Notes under the pieces: generated by a model | The model's input: the letters and a program-made list of their open reading frames with translations, nothing else | The model's database searches: none | What the model was told of the DNA's origin: nothing | From: an uncultured Gammaproteobacteria bacterium | GTDB taxonomy: Bacteria; Patescibacteriota; Microgenomatia; UBA10105; UBA927 | Assembly: GCA_964515005.1 (NCBI GenBank) | Contig: CAZEVT010000002.1 | Coordinates: 28,968 to 92,967 of the forward strand | Reading direction: 5' to 3' | DNA length: 64,000 nt | Program-made: the position numbers and the translations under genes | Part shown: positions 10,123 to 20,497 of the stretch, one piece after another | Numbering within the stretch: position 1 is the first letter of the stretch | Layout: each line of letters opens with the position of its first letter

Positions 10123-10647
10123 TTGAAACTTATCAAAAATAAGAGCTACACTGATTATACAATGAATTGGAGAGTCATGACCTTGTTTGTATTCATTTTT
10201 CTCATCATTATGGCTTTGGGGGCATATTATTTCCGAACTTCAATATTCCCTCAAGGTCCGTTTAATACTATATTAGAATATAAACAGGCAATCGGTTTAA
10301 TTCAGTCAAACTGCAATGAAACAATGTTCAGTGACGACCAAAGTAAAATTGATTATTTTTTAGGACTTTATTCCTCATTTGGAAGTGACATACGTATCGA
10401 CGAAGGGTCAGGCTATTTTGTATCTCCCTCAAATAAACACTTTACATTACAGTTTTTCAATGTGGAAGAAGAGACAGTCATTGCCAAACGGCAACTCATC
10501 CTCTTCCCCTCGCCTACTGAGCAAAAATCCTATTGCTGGATAGCAGAAATTGAAGACACTCCTGGCATTGGCCGCGCAGCATATGAAACCCAATCTGGAG
10601 AAATAAAAGTGATTCGGGTAAAAAATCTACCTGCATTTTCTCCATAA
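10123..10647 (+). CDS. Hypothetical membrane-anchored protein
   Basis: N-terminal TM helix; AT-rich; start uncertain. Confidence 0.55.
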   Translation: MKLIKNKSYTDYTMNWRVMTLFVFIFLIIMALGAYYFRTSIFPQGPFNTILEYKQAIGLIQSNCNETMFSDDQSKIDYFLGLYSSFGSDIRIDEGSGYFVSPSNKHFTLQFFNVEEETVIAKRQLILFPSPTEQKSYCWIAEIEDTPGIGRAAYETQSGEIKVIRVKNLPAFSP

Positions 10648-10693
10648 AACATTTTTGCTTTTTGGTCACCGTATTGGTATATTTTAAATATAT

Positions 10694-11083
10694 ATGTCTA
10701 CATCGCTCAAAGTTTTTTTTACGATATTTACCGTGTTTATCGTTGGGCTAAGCGCCTATCTTGGATACGTTTATTTTTTCCGTTCGCCAAACCTCAATCC
10801 ATCTTTGAGTCAACCAGCCGCGGGTTCTGAGTCTCAGGGGACGGACTATCAAGGTCAGATACTTTGCATCCATGATACCAAAAAAGGTACATCGCTTTCG
10901 GCGTGTGACAGTTTTGGCATGATGATGAGTGATGACACATACTATGAACTGATATTGGGCAACGGGGTACGCGCAACCGGCTACACGCAGATGGAAAAAG
11001 TAAAGGTTTCAGGAGTACTCACGCCGGGGACCTCGCCGCTGGGGCTTGACGGCACCCTGACCGTCTCCAAAATCAGCAAATAA
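10694..11083 (+). CDS. Hypothetical membrane-anchored protein (OB-fold-like)
   Basis: N-terminal TM, Cys pair, VKVSGVL beta pattern. Confidence 0.6.
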   Translation: MSTSLKVFFTIFTVFIVGLSAYLGYVYFFRSPNLNPSLSQPAAGSESQGTDYQGQILCIHDTKKGTSLSACDSFGMMMSDDTYYELILGNGVRATGYTQMEKVKVSGVLTPGTSPLGLDGTLTVSKISK

Positions 11084-11090
11084 CCAAACA

Positions 11091-11645
11091 TTAGTTTCTC
11101 GGAGTTACCAAGCTTTGGAACTGCCACCGCGCTGCTTCAAGCGTGCCCTGGCCTTCTCCCAGCTGTCCCAAATAGAAACTGATGGTCGTTGATGATGCCA
11201 CACCCGCGCTTGTGGGACACGAGAACGTAAGGGAATTATCTGCACAGCTAAAATCTCCCGACGCGCTCAGAGTTACCGAGCCATCGGTTAAATAGGAGAT
11301 TGTGCCTGTTGCCGATACCGAGGCGATACGCGCCGCAGTCCCATCCGATACACACGTGACCGTTGTCGTTGCGTTATCCGCATTACGGAATACCGCAGAC
11401 GGCGTCGTTACCTCCGCTGCATCGCAGACGGTCTCGACTGCCACGGCGTCCCGTATGAGCCGCTCAAGCACTCCCAGGGCAAACTCCCCGCTGCTTTTCA
11501 CGTTCTCAAGGGTACCTACTTTTTTGTTGACCCGGGTCGTCGTAAACAGGACCTGCGTGATAAGCGTACTGACTACGGCCAGTATCCCCACGGAAATAAG
11601 CACCTCAATAAGCGTAAATCCCCGGAACTTGAATATTTTTTTCAT
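11091..11645 (-). CDS. Type IV minor pilin (PilW-like)
   Basis: GFTLIEVL prepilin motif. Confidence 0.85.
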   Translation of the reverse strand: MKKIFKFRGFTLIEVLISVGILAVVSTLITQVLFTTTRVNKKVGTLENVKSSGEFALGVLERLIRDAVAVETVCDAAEVTTPSAVFRNADNATTTVTCVSDGTAARIASVSATGTISYLTDGSVTLSASGDFSCADNSLTFSCPTSAGVASSTTISFYLGQLGEGQGTLEAARWQFQSLVTPRN

Positions 11646-11646
11646 A

Positions 11647-12108
11647 TCATCTCCACTGAGTCAAATAGGTCTCAAGCTCCACAGAATTTCCCGACGTTCC
11701 GGTCTCTCCCCACGATACGTCAACGCGTACGGACATTTTTTCGACTGGATTAGTTGGGCTCTCCGGGATAAGCCGCAAGGTCACCATGCGGATATACAGG
11801 TCGCCGATATTCTGTGCACTGCAGGTCGTACTCGTTGCCACGAATTCGGCGTTTTCTCCAACACAATACCCCGTTTCTACTGCACCCATTTCCGCAAATT
11901 TATTCCACGAATCATCCCGAAGTTGTCGCGCCAGCTCTATCCCTTCGGCCGCGTACTTGGTGGCAGTGCTGCGCACCTGCGTGTCCTGGGCACTCCCCAA
12001 AACTGCCGTCGTCCCCGCAATGATGCCGACGGCCAGAACAACGACAACGCCGATAACCACGACCATCTCCACCAGTGACTGCCCTTGTTGATACAGGTAT
12101 TTTTTCAT
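11647..12108 (-). CDS. Type IV minor pilin (PilV-like)
   Basis: GQSLVEMV prepilin motif; AAEGIELAR. Confidence 0.8.
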   Translation of the reverse strand: MKKYLYQQGQSLVEMVVVIGVVVVLAVGIIAGTTAVLGSAQDTQVRSTATKYAAEGIELARQLRDDSWNKFAEMGAVETGYCVGENAEFVATSTTCSAQNIGDLYIRMVTLRLIPESPTNPVEKMSVRVDVSWGETGTSGNSVELETYLTQWR

Positions 12109-12111
12109 GCG

Positions 12112-12606
12112 TTATGGCACCTCGTCCACAATACCGGACGACAGCACGGAAAGCCTCGCCGTGTTTGTGTTTGCCGAAATTTCGATCACCTGCGCCACCG
12201 ACGCACCCCGGTCAAGCGGCAGGAAAAGAAACATCTGGGGCAGGAGAGTAAACATCACCCCCGGAGGAAGCGTATAGGTTTCTTTTATCCCTACCTCTTC
12301 TTGCACTCCTTGCGCCTCGCAGAGGGCAGTTGCGGTATAGGTGTTCGTCGTTGGAAATTCGACTCTGTACCCCACGAGCGTGTCGCACCCTTCCGGCTTG
12401 ATCCCGGACGCGGCACGTGTACGCGCTGCCCCGAGATTACTCTTGAGCGTGAGCGCGGCTTGAGTGACGGTTTGTTTATCGTTAAATCTACTGTACCCCG
12501 CAATCAGAAGTCCTGATAAAACAAGAAGGAGAGTGACGCTTACCAGTATTTCAATAAAGGTAAAACCGGCGCGCTGGCAGGATGGCTTAGGGGTTCTTAA
12601 TTCCAT
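12112..12606 (-). CDS. Type IV minor pilin (FimT/GspH-like)
   Basis: GFTFIEIL motif; start reassigned to ATG 12606. Confidence 0.8.
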   Translation of the reverse strand: MELRTPKPSCQRAGFTFIEILVSVTLLLVLSGLLIAGYSRFNDKQTVTQAALTLKSNLGAARTRAASGIKPEGCDTLVGYRVEFPTTNTYTATALCEAQGVQEEVGIKETYTLPPGVMFTLLPQMFLFLPLDRGASVAQVIEISANTNTARLSVLSSGIVDEVP

Positions 12607-13057
12607 AATTGCACTCTGCAGGAAGCTGGGTAACGCCAAGCGGTGCACATTCGTTTTTCCCGGCCTGCGTTTCTATCCAGCCGCAGAGGCAATAGGAGTA
12701 AAAATTCGTACCCGTTCCGCCTACCACGGGATTATAGAAATACGTCTTGATCGCCAAAGGGACACTTTGGGGATCCATAGGAACAGACGGAAGGTACGTG
12801 GGGACCAAAGGCCCAGTCCCATCCCCGGAATCGAGTCCGGTTAATGCCACAAATCCGGTAACGGTCCCCGGATATACGCCGTTGTCAGCCCGGTAGAGCT
12901 CAAGGGCGCTTCGCACCTGTTCAAGGTCGGAAACGCGCTTGGCGTCGCGGGACCGTTTGTTGACCGATGCATACGATACCATGCCGATTGCAGATAAAAC
13001 AGATACGATGGTTGCGGCAACCAGTATTTCGATAAGGGTAAAGCCTTTATTTCTCAT
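12587..13057 (-). CDS. Type IV pilin (GspG-like)
   Basis: GFTLIEIL; RDAKRVSDL...ALELYRADNGVYP. Confidence 0.88.
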   Translation of the reverse strand: MRNKGFTLIEILVAATIVSVLSAIGMVSYASVNKRSRDAKRVSDLEQVRSALELYRADNGVYPGTVTGFVALTGLDSGDGTGPLVPTYLPSVPMDPQSVPLAIKTYFYNPVVGGTGTNFYSYCLCGWIETQAGKNECAPLGVTQLPAECNYGIKNP

Positions 13058-13467
13058 TGCAGATTGTGCACGCAAAAGAACCCTTTGTATGCGCCCGATG
13101 CCGTGCCGCCGCCACAGTCTACATCTGTGTTGGTTTCACCCTCAAGGCCGGCGCACAAACAATAACTTGCGGCCGCGCATTGACTCCTTCCGGGAGCATC
13201 GGTATAGAGCTCACCTGATTTGGGGTCTTTGGGAATCCCACCGGGCAAATACGCCGCGCTTATGGCACAGCTTAATGGGTAATTACTATTGTTGTCTGCG
13301 TAATACTGCTCCCAGGCGTTTTGCATAGCCTTCATGTCACTCCGTCTTCTGGTGTCGCGGGTTTTCAGTTGCGCGGAGGCATACGATACCGCGCTCACCG
13401 ACACCAAAATACCGATAAGGGCGATGACGATAAGGAGTTCAATAAGGGTAAAGCCTTTTCTTTTCAT
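13054..13467 (-). CDS. Type IV pilin (GspG-like)
   Basis: GFTLIELL; RDTRRRSDM...EQYYADN. Confidence 0.88.
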   Translation of the reverse strand: MKRKGFTLIELLIVIALIGILVSVSAVSYASAQLKTRDTRRRSDMKAMQNAWEQYYADNNSNYPLSCAISAAYLPGGIPKDPKSGELYTDAPGRSQCAAASYCLCAGLEGETNTDVDCGGGTASGAYKGFFCVHNLQ

Positions 13468-14180
13468 ACGAATCTATTCCACCAGGTCAGTATATCGTGT
13501 CCCCATAGATAAGCGACAGCGGTACCTAAAACAAGAAACGGGCCAAAGGCGATTTTACTTTTCCATCCCTTTTTCCCAACCAACATCAGTATGACACCGA
13601 CAAAAGCCCCGGTCAAGAATGCGATATAAAAGGCAACAACCACCGCAGGGAAGCCTAAGAGAAGCCCCATAAGAAACGCGAGCTTCACATCACCAAACCC
13701 CATACCCCGGCCGCGGGTGGCGGCCCACAGGATATACAAAAAGGCAAAACTACCGAGGGCAGGAAGGATATGTATTCCCATGGCAAGAGTGGCGAATAGG
13801 CCGACGACAATCATGCTGTCCGGAATAATTTGCTCCTTGAGATCGGAAACGAAAATCACGAGGAACGAAGAAAACAACACATAGAGCGGCAGCGGAGAAT
13901 GAGAGGAGTACAAATATAAAAATCCAAGCGACGTTGCCAGTTCCACGAGGGGATATTGGATAGATAATGGCTTGTGACAACGAAGGCACCTGCCGCCCTG
14001 GAGAACAAACGATAGGACGGGGATAAGTTCAAACCAACGGAGAACTTTTTTACAATGGTCACAGTGGGAGCGTCCCCACAAGACGGATTCTCCGCGCGAG
14101 CCGCGATCGGCAAGCACGTTAAGAAAGGAACCAACGCAGAGGCCGAAGAAAGAAACAAGAGTGGCAGCAATCGCCATCAC
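13464..14180 (-). CDS. pilD: Prepilin peptidase
   Basis: GSFLNV, SHCDHC and GRCLRC Cys pairs, GMGFGDVKL, FGPFL. Confidence 0.95.
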   Translation of the reverse strand: MMAIAATLVSFFGLCVGSFLNVLADRGSRGESVLWGRSHCDHCKKVLRWFELIPVLSFVLQGGRCLRCHKPLSIQYPLVELATSLGFLYLYSSHSPLPLYVLFSSFLVIFVSDLKEQIIPDSMIVVGLFATLAMGIHILPALGSFAFLYILWAATRGRGMGFGDVKLAFLMGLLLGFPAVVVAFYIAFLTGAFVGVILMLVGKKGWKSKIAFGPFLVLGTAVAYLWGHDILTWWNRFV

Positions 14181-14689
14181 TTAATGCACCAATAGCAATC
14201 CTTGGCGCCCGCCGGAGTTTCACTTTTACAGCCGTTATCCAGCACGCCTGCTATATCGTATTTTGTATTGGGGTCGGCCTGAAATGATTTGGATGTGGGC
14301 ATGTAGCAGACGGCGGCCGCACTATCAACCGCGCTTCCCGTCACAAAAACCTTATCAAGCTTCCCGGCCTGAATGGTCATAAAATCACTCCGCAGCTCTC
14401 CCGCTGCGATCATAGCAGTTATTGCCGCAGTCACCGTGCCGCCGCTTAAGGCCTCTTTATTGGGGTCATTGCCGGTCCAGGGCATCTCATTTTTCACCGA
14501 GTAGTACCTGATAATCGCCGTCTGGACCTGGTTGACCAGATCCCGGGTTCCGGTGTCGGTACCTTTTTTGAGCTGTTCAAACGGGTCGATGGCGCCGATG
14601 AGACCAACGGCCAAGGCTCCGAGAAGCGCAATCACGATAAGAAGTTCAATGAGCGTAAATCCTTTACTTCGGGAAAAATAATTTCTCAT
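14177..14689 (-). CDS. Type IV pilin (candidate major pilin)
   Basis: GFTLIELL motif; directly after pilC. Confidence 0.85.
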   Translation of the reverse strand: MRNYFSRSKGFTLIELLIVIALLGALAVGLIGAIDPFEQLKKGTDTGTRDLVNQVQTAIIRYYSVKNEMPWTGNDPNKEALSGGTVTAAITAMIAAGELRSDFMTIQAGKLDKVFVTGSAVDSAAAVCYMPTSKSFQADPNTKYDIAGVLDNGCKSETPAGAKDCYWCIK

Positions 14690-14706
14690 ATACATTAGGT
14701 GTAGCA

Positions 14707-15918
14707 TCATTTGAACTGTGATGTCAAGTTATAAATCGGGGTGATGACGGAAATGACGATAAATCCAACGCCGACTCCCAAGACTACCATGATAATAGGC
14801 TCGATTGCGGTCGTGAGGCCTTTGACGAGTATTTCCGACTCGCTCTGGAAATAGTGCGACAGCTTCATGAGCGTCTCGTCAAGCTTGCCGGTTTCCTCAC
14901 CGACCTTCATCATCTGGGATACAATCGGCGGAAATACGTCGTGCTGGGCAAATGAGTCGCCCAAAGGCAGCCCTTTCTCAACTTTTTTTGCAATATCGGC
15001 AATCGCGGTCCTAAAAAGGACATTGGCGAGCGAATCTTTGAGAATCTGGAGTCCGTCCAGTATATGAATGCCGGACCCGATGAGCATCCCTAAGGTCCTC
15101 GTAAACTCAACAAGAATGATCTTTTTGGTAAGTTCGCCAAACAAAGGAATCTTGAGAACCAAGCGGTCGATTGTCTGCTGTCCCATGGCCGTTGCCCGCC
15201 ATGTTCTGAATCCCCAGGCGCCCGCGCCCGCGCCAATGATCACGAGCCACCAGAACCGGACAAAGAATCCGGAAACGGACATGAGGAGTCGCGTCGTCCA
15301 GGGAAGCGAAATGTTAAAGTCGCGGTACAAATCCGTCAGCTTGGGGACGACAACCACCATCATGACGCCAACGACCCCCACCATACCGATAAGAATGATG
15401 ATCGGGTAGATCATCGCACCCGACACCTTGCTCCTAAACTCACGCTGGGCCTCCAGGGAATCCGCAAGCCGGGTCAACACCTGATCCAGGGTGCCTGACG
15501 CTTCTCCTGCACGGACAAGGGCGAGAAATGTGCCGGAAAAGTACTTCGGATATTTGGCAAGGGCGTCTCCCAGGTTGCCGCCGCCCACGATTTGATGTTC
15601 CACATCAACCAAGAGCTCGGCAAACACTTTGTTGGTCGCCTGCGTCCGAAGTATGGTGAGCGCTTCCGGAAGTGATAGGCCCGCCGTGACCATGGTAGAG
15701 AGCTGGCGGGTAAAATTGGCAATGTCGCTCGCGCTTACCCTTTTGAACATCTGCTCAAAGCTCGCAAGCGAAAGTCCTTCCTTGGACTCCGCGATCGAAA
15801 CGACAAACAACTGCTTGTCATGAAGCAGGCGGACGGCGACTTGCGAATTTGGCGCTTCAACCAACCCCGAAATAATCTGGGATTGCGCATTTTGTGCTTT
15901 GTACTGAAAAACAGCCAT
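14707..15918 (-). CDS. pilC: Type IV pilus platform protein PilC
   Basis: Two T2SSF domains, GEASGTL and GEETGKL, IEP motif. Confidence 0.95.
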   Translation of the reverse strand: MAVFQYKAQNAQSQIISGLVEAPNSQVAVRLLHDKQLFVVSIAESKEGLSLASFEQMFKRVSASDIANFTRQLSTMVTAGLSLPEALTILRTQATNKVFAELLVDVEHQIVGGGNLGDALAKYPKYFSGTFLALVRAGEASGTLDQVLTRLADSLEAQREFRSKVSGAMIYPIIILIGMVGVVGVMMVVVVPKLTDLYRDFNISLPWTTRLLMSVSGFFVRFWWLVIIGAGAGAWGFRTWRATAMGQQTIDRLVLKIPLFGELTKKIILVEFTRTLGMLIGSGIHILDGLQILKDSLANVLFRTAIADIAKKVEKGLPLGDSFAQHDVFPPIVSQMMKVGEETGKLDETLMKLSHYFQSESEILVKGLTTAIEPIIMVVLGVGVGFIVISVITPIYNLTSQFK

Positions 15919-15937
15919 GGTTATCCTTGCTTTAGAT

Positions 15938-16993
15938 TTATCCTTGCTTTATGAGGCGCCCGAGCTCTTCCGGACGGAGGGCATAGCTTTGGGCTACCTC
16001 CAGCGTGATTTTTCCCGCCTTTACGGCTTTGGCAAGGGCGGTTTCCAGGGTCTCCATCCCCAGCTCCGCCGACGTTTGGATGACGTTGTCTATAAGATGC
16101 GACTTGCCGTCGCGGATCGTGGTTTTGATAGCAGGCGTGGCCGTCATGATTTCCGTAACCGGAATGCGACCTCCGGATACGGCGGGAATAAGCCGCTGGG
16201 ACAAAACGCCCTCAATAACCGCCGCAAGCTGGAGGCGAATTTGCACCTGTTGATTTTCCGGAAACACGTCGACGATGCGGTCAATCGTTTGGGCCGCTGA
16301 ATTGGTGTGGAGGGTCGCAAACACCAGGTGGCCGGTTTCCGCAATCGTGAGGGCCGCCGAAATAGTCTCGAGATCGCGCATTTCACCAATGAGGACAACG
16401 TCGGGGTCTTCCCGCAGGACACTTCGGAGGGCAACCGTCCAGGAGTGCGTATCCTGATGCATCTCGCGCTGGGAAATAATGGAGAGTCCCGGCGGATAGA
16501 CGTATTCAATCGGGTCTTCAATCGTCACCACATGGACGGCTTTTGTTTGATTGATGGTCTGGATCATCGACGCCAGCGTCGTTGACTTCCCGTGTCCCGT
16601 GGGCCCGGTCACCAGGATAAACCCCTGCCGCAGTTTGACGAATTCATGACAAATTTGGGGCAAACCCAACTCTTCAAGCGAAAGAATTTTTTCGGGAATG
16701 AGCCGGAAGTCCACAGCCACGGATGCTTTTTGGTAATAGACGTTTGCGCGAAACCGATTTTTGCCAAAGGGGACGGAAAAATCTATTTCCTTATTGGTCA
16801 AAAACAAGTCTTTTTCCTCGGGAGTAAACACCGAAAAAACAAGCTCTTGGGTGTCGGTGGGCGTAAGAGGCGCGGCCCCGGCAAGCGGCGAAAGCTTGCC
16901 CGAAACGCGCACGACCGGCGGGTAGCCGGCGATAAGATGAAGATCAGAGGCGGTGAGCCGCAGCGTTTCTGAAAATAATTGTTTTACATCCAT
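15938..16993 (-). CDS. pilT: Type IV pilus retraction ATPase PilT
   Basis: GPTGHGKST, TIEDPIE, LREDPDV, AETGHLV. Confidence 0.95.
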   Translation of the reverse strand: MDVKQLFSETLRLTASDLHLIAGYPPVVRVSGKLSPLAGAAPLTPTDTQELVFSVFTPEEKDLFLTNKEIDFSVPFGKNRFRANVYYQKASVAVDFRLIPEKILSLEELGLPQICHEFVKLRQGFILVTGPTGHGKSTTLASMIQTINQTKAVHVVTIEDPIEYVYPPGLSIISQREMHQDTHSWTVALRSVLREDPDVVLIGEMRDLETISAALTIAETGHLVFATLHTNSAAQTIDRIVDVFPENQQVQIRLQLAAVIEGVLSQRLIPAVSGGRIPVTEIMTATPAIKTTIRDGKSHLIDNVIQTSAELGMETLETALAKAVKAGKITLEVAQSYALRPEELGRLIKQG

Positions 16994-17027
16994 AGATGAA
17001 TTATATCCATAATTTCATATCCATACG

Positions 17028-18749
17028 TTAGTCCTGCGCAACCCGGAGCACTTCCTCAAGTGACGTTGTCCCTTCCATGGCCTTTATGTATCCGTCCTGT
17101 TTCATGGTCATCATGCCTTCGGCAACTGCCGCGTCTTCGATGTCCTTCATTGAGGCTCGCGCGGCAATGCGTTTGCTGATTTCGCCTGATACCGGCAGGA
17201 CTTCAAAAACACCGATCCGTCCCAAATACCCGGATCCGCCGCATGCCGTACACGGCTGACCGTTTATGGTCCCCTTACCCCGGTATAATACAATGTTTTT
17301 GTCTTTGGGAAGCAAAGGGCCCAGTACGTCGGTAATATCTTTTTTCGTTGCCTCGTCGGGCGCAAACTCTTCCTTACACGTCGAGCAAATTTTTCGGGCG
17401 ATCCGCTGCCCCACGACCGCCGAGAGCGAAGAAACGATAAGAAAGGGTTCAGCGCCTAAATCCAAAAGTCGGGGAATTGCGCCTGACGCATTATTCGTGT
17501 GCAGGGTGGAAAATACTAGGTGTCCGGTAAGGGCCGCTTGGATCGCTAGCTCCGTCGTTTCACGGTCACGAACTTCTCCCACGAGGATAATATTGGGGTC
17601 TTGACGTAAAAAGCTTCGCAGACCCGTGGCAAAGGTGAGGCCTGCCGCGGGATTTATCTGCACCTGATTGACGCCGGTTATTTCATACTCAACCGGATCC
17701 TCAAGCGTCATGATATTGACCCTCGCGTTATTGAGGCGCGACAAAACCGCATACAAAGTCGTGGTTTTTCCGGATCCGGTCGGTCCGGTAACGAGGATGA
17801 TGCCGTGCGGACGCGCGATATTGGCCTCCAGATTCTTGAGGGCCAAGCCACGCAGCCCCAGGTCCTGCAAGGTCGGGATGCCGCCGGACTTTTTCAAGAG
17901 CCGCATCACGATTTTTTCTCCGTGCACGGTCGGCAAAGTGGAGACACGAAGGTCAACTTCGGATTCTGCCATTTTAAAATTAAACCGGCCGTCCTGGGGA
18001 ATACGCCGTTCGTCAATTTTCATATTCCCCAAAATTTTAATGCGTGAAACGACCGCATCATGAAGTCGCTTGGGGAGAACCAGCCGTTCCTGCAAAATGC
18101 CGTCGACGCGGTAGCGGACGCGCGTATCGCCCGTTTGCGGCTCGATATGGACGTCGGAAGCGCGCAGACGAATCGCCTGCTCCAGGGTCGCCGAGACAAT
18201 TTGGGCAATGGGCGCTTCCCGGATAACCTCGCCCAGACGGCCCGCCTCATACGTTTTTACTTCGGGTTGGGTAGATTCCTTCAGCGCCGCCGATACATCT
18301 TCTCCCAAATTTTGCGAATACGTCTCGTCAATGGCAGCCGTGATATCAGCCGCCACTGCCATATACGGACGCACGCGCTTGCCGGATTTCTTTTCAATAA
18401 ATTCAATAACCTGAAAATCCAAGGGGTCCATCATGGCAACCGATAGTTCGTTGGTTGCGGCGTCAAACTGGAACGGCAAGAGGGTATACCGGCGGGCAAC
18501 CGGCTCCGACACAAAATTTACAATTGCCGGGGCTATTGCGCGACCGGCAAGCGTGATGAAGGGGATATTAAGAGACGCGGCTTTGGCATGGGCCAGATCT
18601 ACATCAGACACCAGGCGTTTTTCCCGAAGGATATCTTCGACTCCGGTGCCGCGGGCCAAAGACTCGGTCATCACGGCATCTGCCTGTGCCTGAACGAGCT
18701 TACCGGCGGCGGTGAGTGCGGAAAGAATGGCTTGGGCAGTTGCTGGCAT
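17028..18749 (-). CDS. pilB: Type IV pilus extension ATPase PilB
   Basis: ASDVHIEP, GPTGSGKTT, LRQDPNII, tetra-Cys zinc site. Confidence 0.95.
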   Translation of the reverse strand: MPATAQAILSALTAAGKLVQAQADAVMTESLARGTGVEDILREKRLVSDVDLAHAKAASLNIPFITLAGRAIAPAIVNFVSEPVARRYTLLPFQFDAATNELSVAMMDPLDFQVIEFIEKKSGKRVRPYMAVAADITAAIDETYSQNLGEDVSAALKESTQPEVKTYEAGRLGEVIREAPIAQIVSATLEQAIRLRASDVHIEPQTGDTRVRYRVDGILQERLVLPKRLHDAVVSRIKILGNMKIDERRIPQDGRFNFKMAESEVDLRVSTLPTVHGEKIVMRLLKKSGGIPTLQDLGLRGLALKNLEANIARPHGIILVTGPTGSGKTTTLYAVLSRLNNARVNIMTLEDPVEYEITGVNQVQINPAAGLTFATGLRSFLRQDPNIILVGEVRDRETTELAIQAALTGHLVFSTLHTNNASGAIPRLLDLGAEPFLIVSSLSAVVGQRIARKICSTCKEEFAPDEATKKDITDVLGPLLPKDKNIVLYRGKGTINGQPCTACGGSGYLGRIGVFEVLPVSGEISKRIAARASMKDIEDAAVAEGMMTMKQDGYIKAMEGTTSLEEVLRVAQD

Positions 18750-18791
18750 AGTATTTATTATTGATGCTTTTGGCGTATAATGCAAGGGTTC

Positions 18792-19457
18792 ATGCATGCA
18801 TTTCTTATTCTTGGAAAGAACAAAGAAGATCGAGACCGCGAAATCGCCAGTCGAATCGCAGCCTGGAAAATTTCTTCGTGGGACACGATCCGGCTGACAT
18901 CAGAGTCCCCATCAATCGGAATAGAATCGGTTCGTGATTTTGTCCGCGCCCTTACCCAATCGCCCCTCAACTCTCCTTTTAAAGTCGGCGTTATAGAGGA
19001 AATAGAACGCCTCACAACAGAAGCACAAAACGCACTTTTAAAAACCCTCGAGGAGCCGCCGCCGCATACCTATCTTCTTGCCGAAACAAGTGCAGTGGAG
19101 TCTCTTCTTCCCACCATCCTTTCACGATTCCTTCTCGTCAATCTCGGCGCAGGAGTCGCATCAAATGAAGAAAAAAACACAACAAAGCAAATGCTCATTG
19201 CTATTGCGGGATCGGGGATTGCCAACCGTTTGCAGCGTGTCGACGAACTTGCGCGAAGTCGCGAAGATGGCAGGCGACTCGTTGACGCGATGCTGACGAC
19301 CATCAGTACCATGCTCCATGAAAAAGATCCCGTTATACCAACCCACGCGCTTACCCGCTTCACACGAAAACTCCTTGCCGCCCGATCACAACTGGCCGTC
19401 AACGTCAACCCGCGACTAGTTCTGGACAACGTATTTATTTCGATTTCAGAGTCATAA
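18792..19457 (+). CDS. holB: DNA polymerase III delta-prime subunit (short form)
   Basis: HAFLI, EAQNALLKTLEEPP, LLPTILSR. Confidence 0.88.
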   Translation: MHAFLILGKNKEDRDREIASRIAAWKISSWDTIRLTSESPSIGIESVRDFVRALTQSPLNSPFKVGVIEEIERLTTEAQNALLKTLEEPPPHTYLLAETSAVESLLPTILSRFLLVNLGAGVASNEEKNTTKQMLIAIAGSGIANRLQRVDELARSREDGRRLVDAMLTTISTMLHEKDPVIPTHALTRFTRKLLAARSQLAVNVNPRLVLDNVFISISES

Positions 19458-19513
19458 CCCCTACAGAAAAAGCCATTCGTGAAAATATTGTTATCTTATA
19501 GTATAATTCTCCC

Positions 19514-20383
19514 ATGAACCAAGAAGTATTTTCGAGATATTATCATTCCGCGCTAAAACATCCAGAACGGACGGTCATCGCCGCAACAAGTGAGATTACT
19601 CGCATCCCGATATCCGTACAATTCCGGATGTCCGAAGATCCGTTGCCAATTTTTGGCGTACTCCCTGAGTCAATCAGCAGGTATATGTACCTTATGGAAG
19701 GAATACGGCCGTATGAGCCCGAAACTTCGCTCGTCATGCAGAAAATTGTGAAGCCGGGAAGTACGACCTTTGTCATAGGCGCTCACATTGGGGTCCATGC
19801 TATTCTTGCCAAACACTTATCAGGGGGTGAAGGAACCGTGATAGGATTCGAACCCACGCCGGAGACCTATGCGCTGCTGGAGAAAAATTGCCATCCCAGA
19901 AACATACAAACAGAACAAGTAGCAATCACGAGAACGGGTATACCATCAGTTGAAATGACGGTGTTTGATGTTCGACATTCCGCGTGGAATAGCGCAAAGG
20001 CCGCAAGAAAAAGTCCTTCTTTTCATTGGAATCCAAATACCATAACGGTGGAGGCTACATCAATTGACGCGTACTGCGCAGCAAAAAAAGTTCAGCCCGA
20101 TGTCCTCATTCTTGATCTTGAGAATGGGGAAATGGACGCACTCATCGGCGGACAAACAACTATTCTCTCAACAAAGCCCAGCATTATCATAGAATGTGGC
20201 GACTTGGGACGAGACGCCTGCAACAGTACGCATGCATGCCTTGCCTTGTTACAAGAGTGGGGCTATGCGTTATTCGATATCGATCCTACAAACGGCGAAA
20301 CTCATCCTCACCAGATACGTGATAGCTATCCCGATTACTATCCAAATGTAGCCGCCATCGACGAATCAAAACCAATGCATTAA
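19514..20383 (+). CDS. FkbM-family methyltransferase
   Basis: YEPET, IGAHIG, GFEPTP, LDLENGE. Confidence 0.8.
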   Translation: MNQEVFSRYYHSALKHPERTVIAATSEITRIPISVQFRMSEDPLPIFGVLPESISRYMYLMEGIRPYEPETSLVMQKIVKPGSTTFVIGAHIGVHAILAKHLSGGEGTVIGFEPTPETYALLEKNCHPRNIQTEQVAITRTGIPSVEMTVFDVRHSAWNSAKAARKSPSFHWNPNTITVEATSIDAYCAAKKVQPDVLILDLENGEMDALIGGQTTILSTKPSIIIECGDLGRDACNSTHACLALLQEWGYALFDIDPTNGETHPHQIRDSYPDYYPNVAAIDESKPMH

Positions 20384-20497
20384 TGTCGTGGAATATGAGG
20401 CTGTTTTTCGGTATTCTTCCCTAGACAACAATGTGCATATGGTGTAGAATGATTTTAGAGCTACATAGGCTCGTTTTTCTTCTTAACGGTAGCAATA

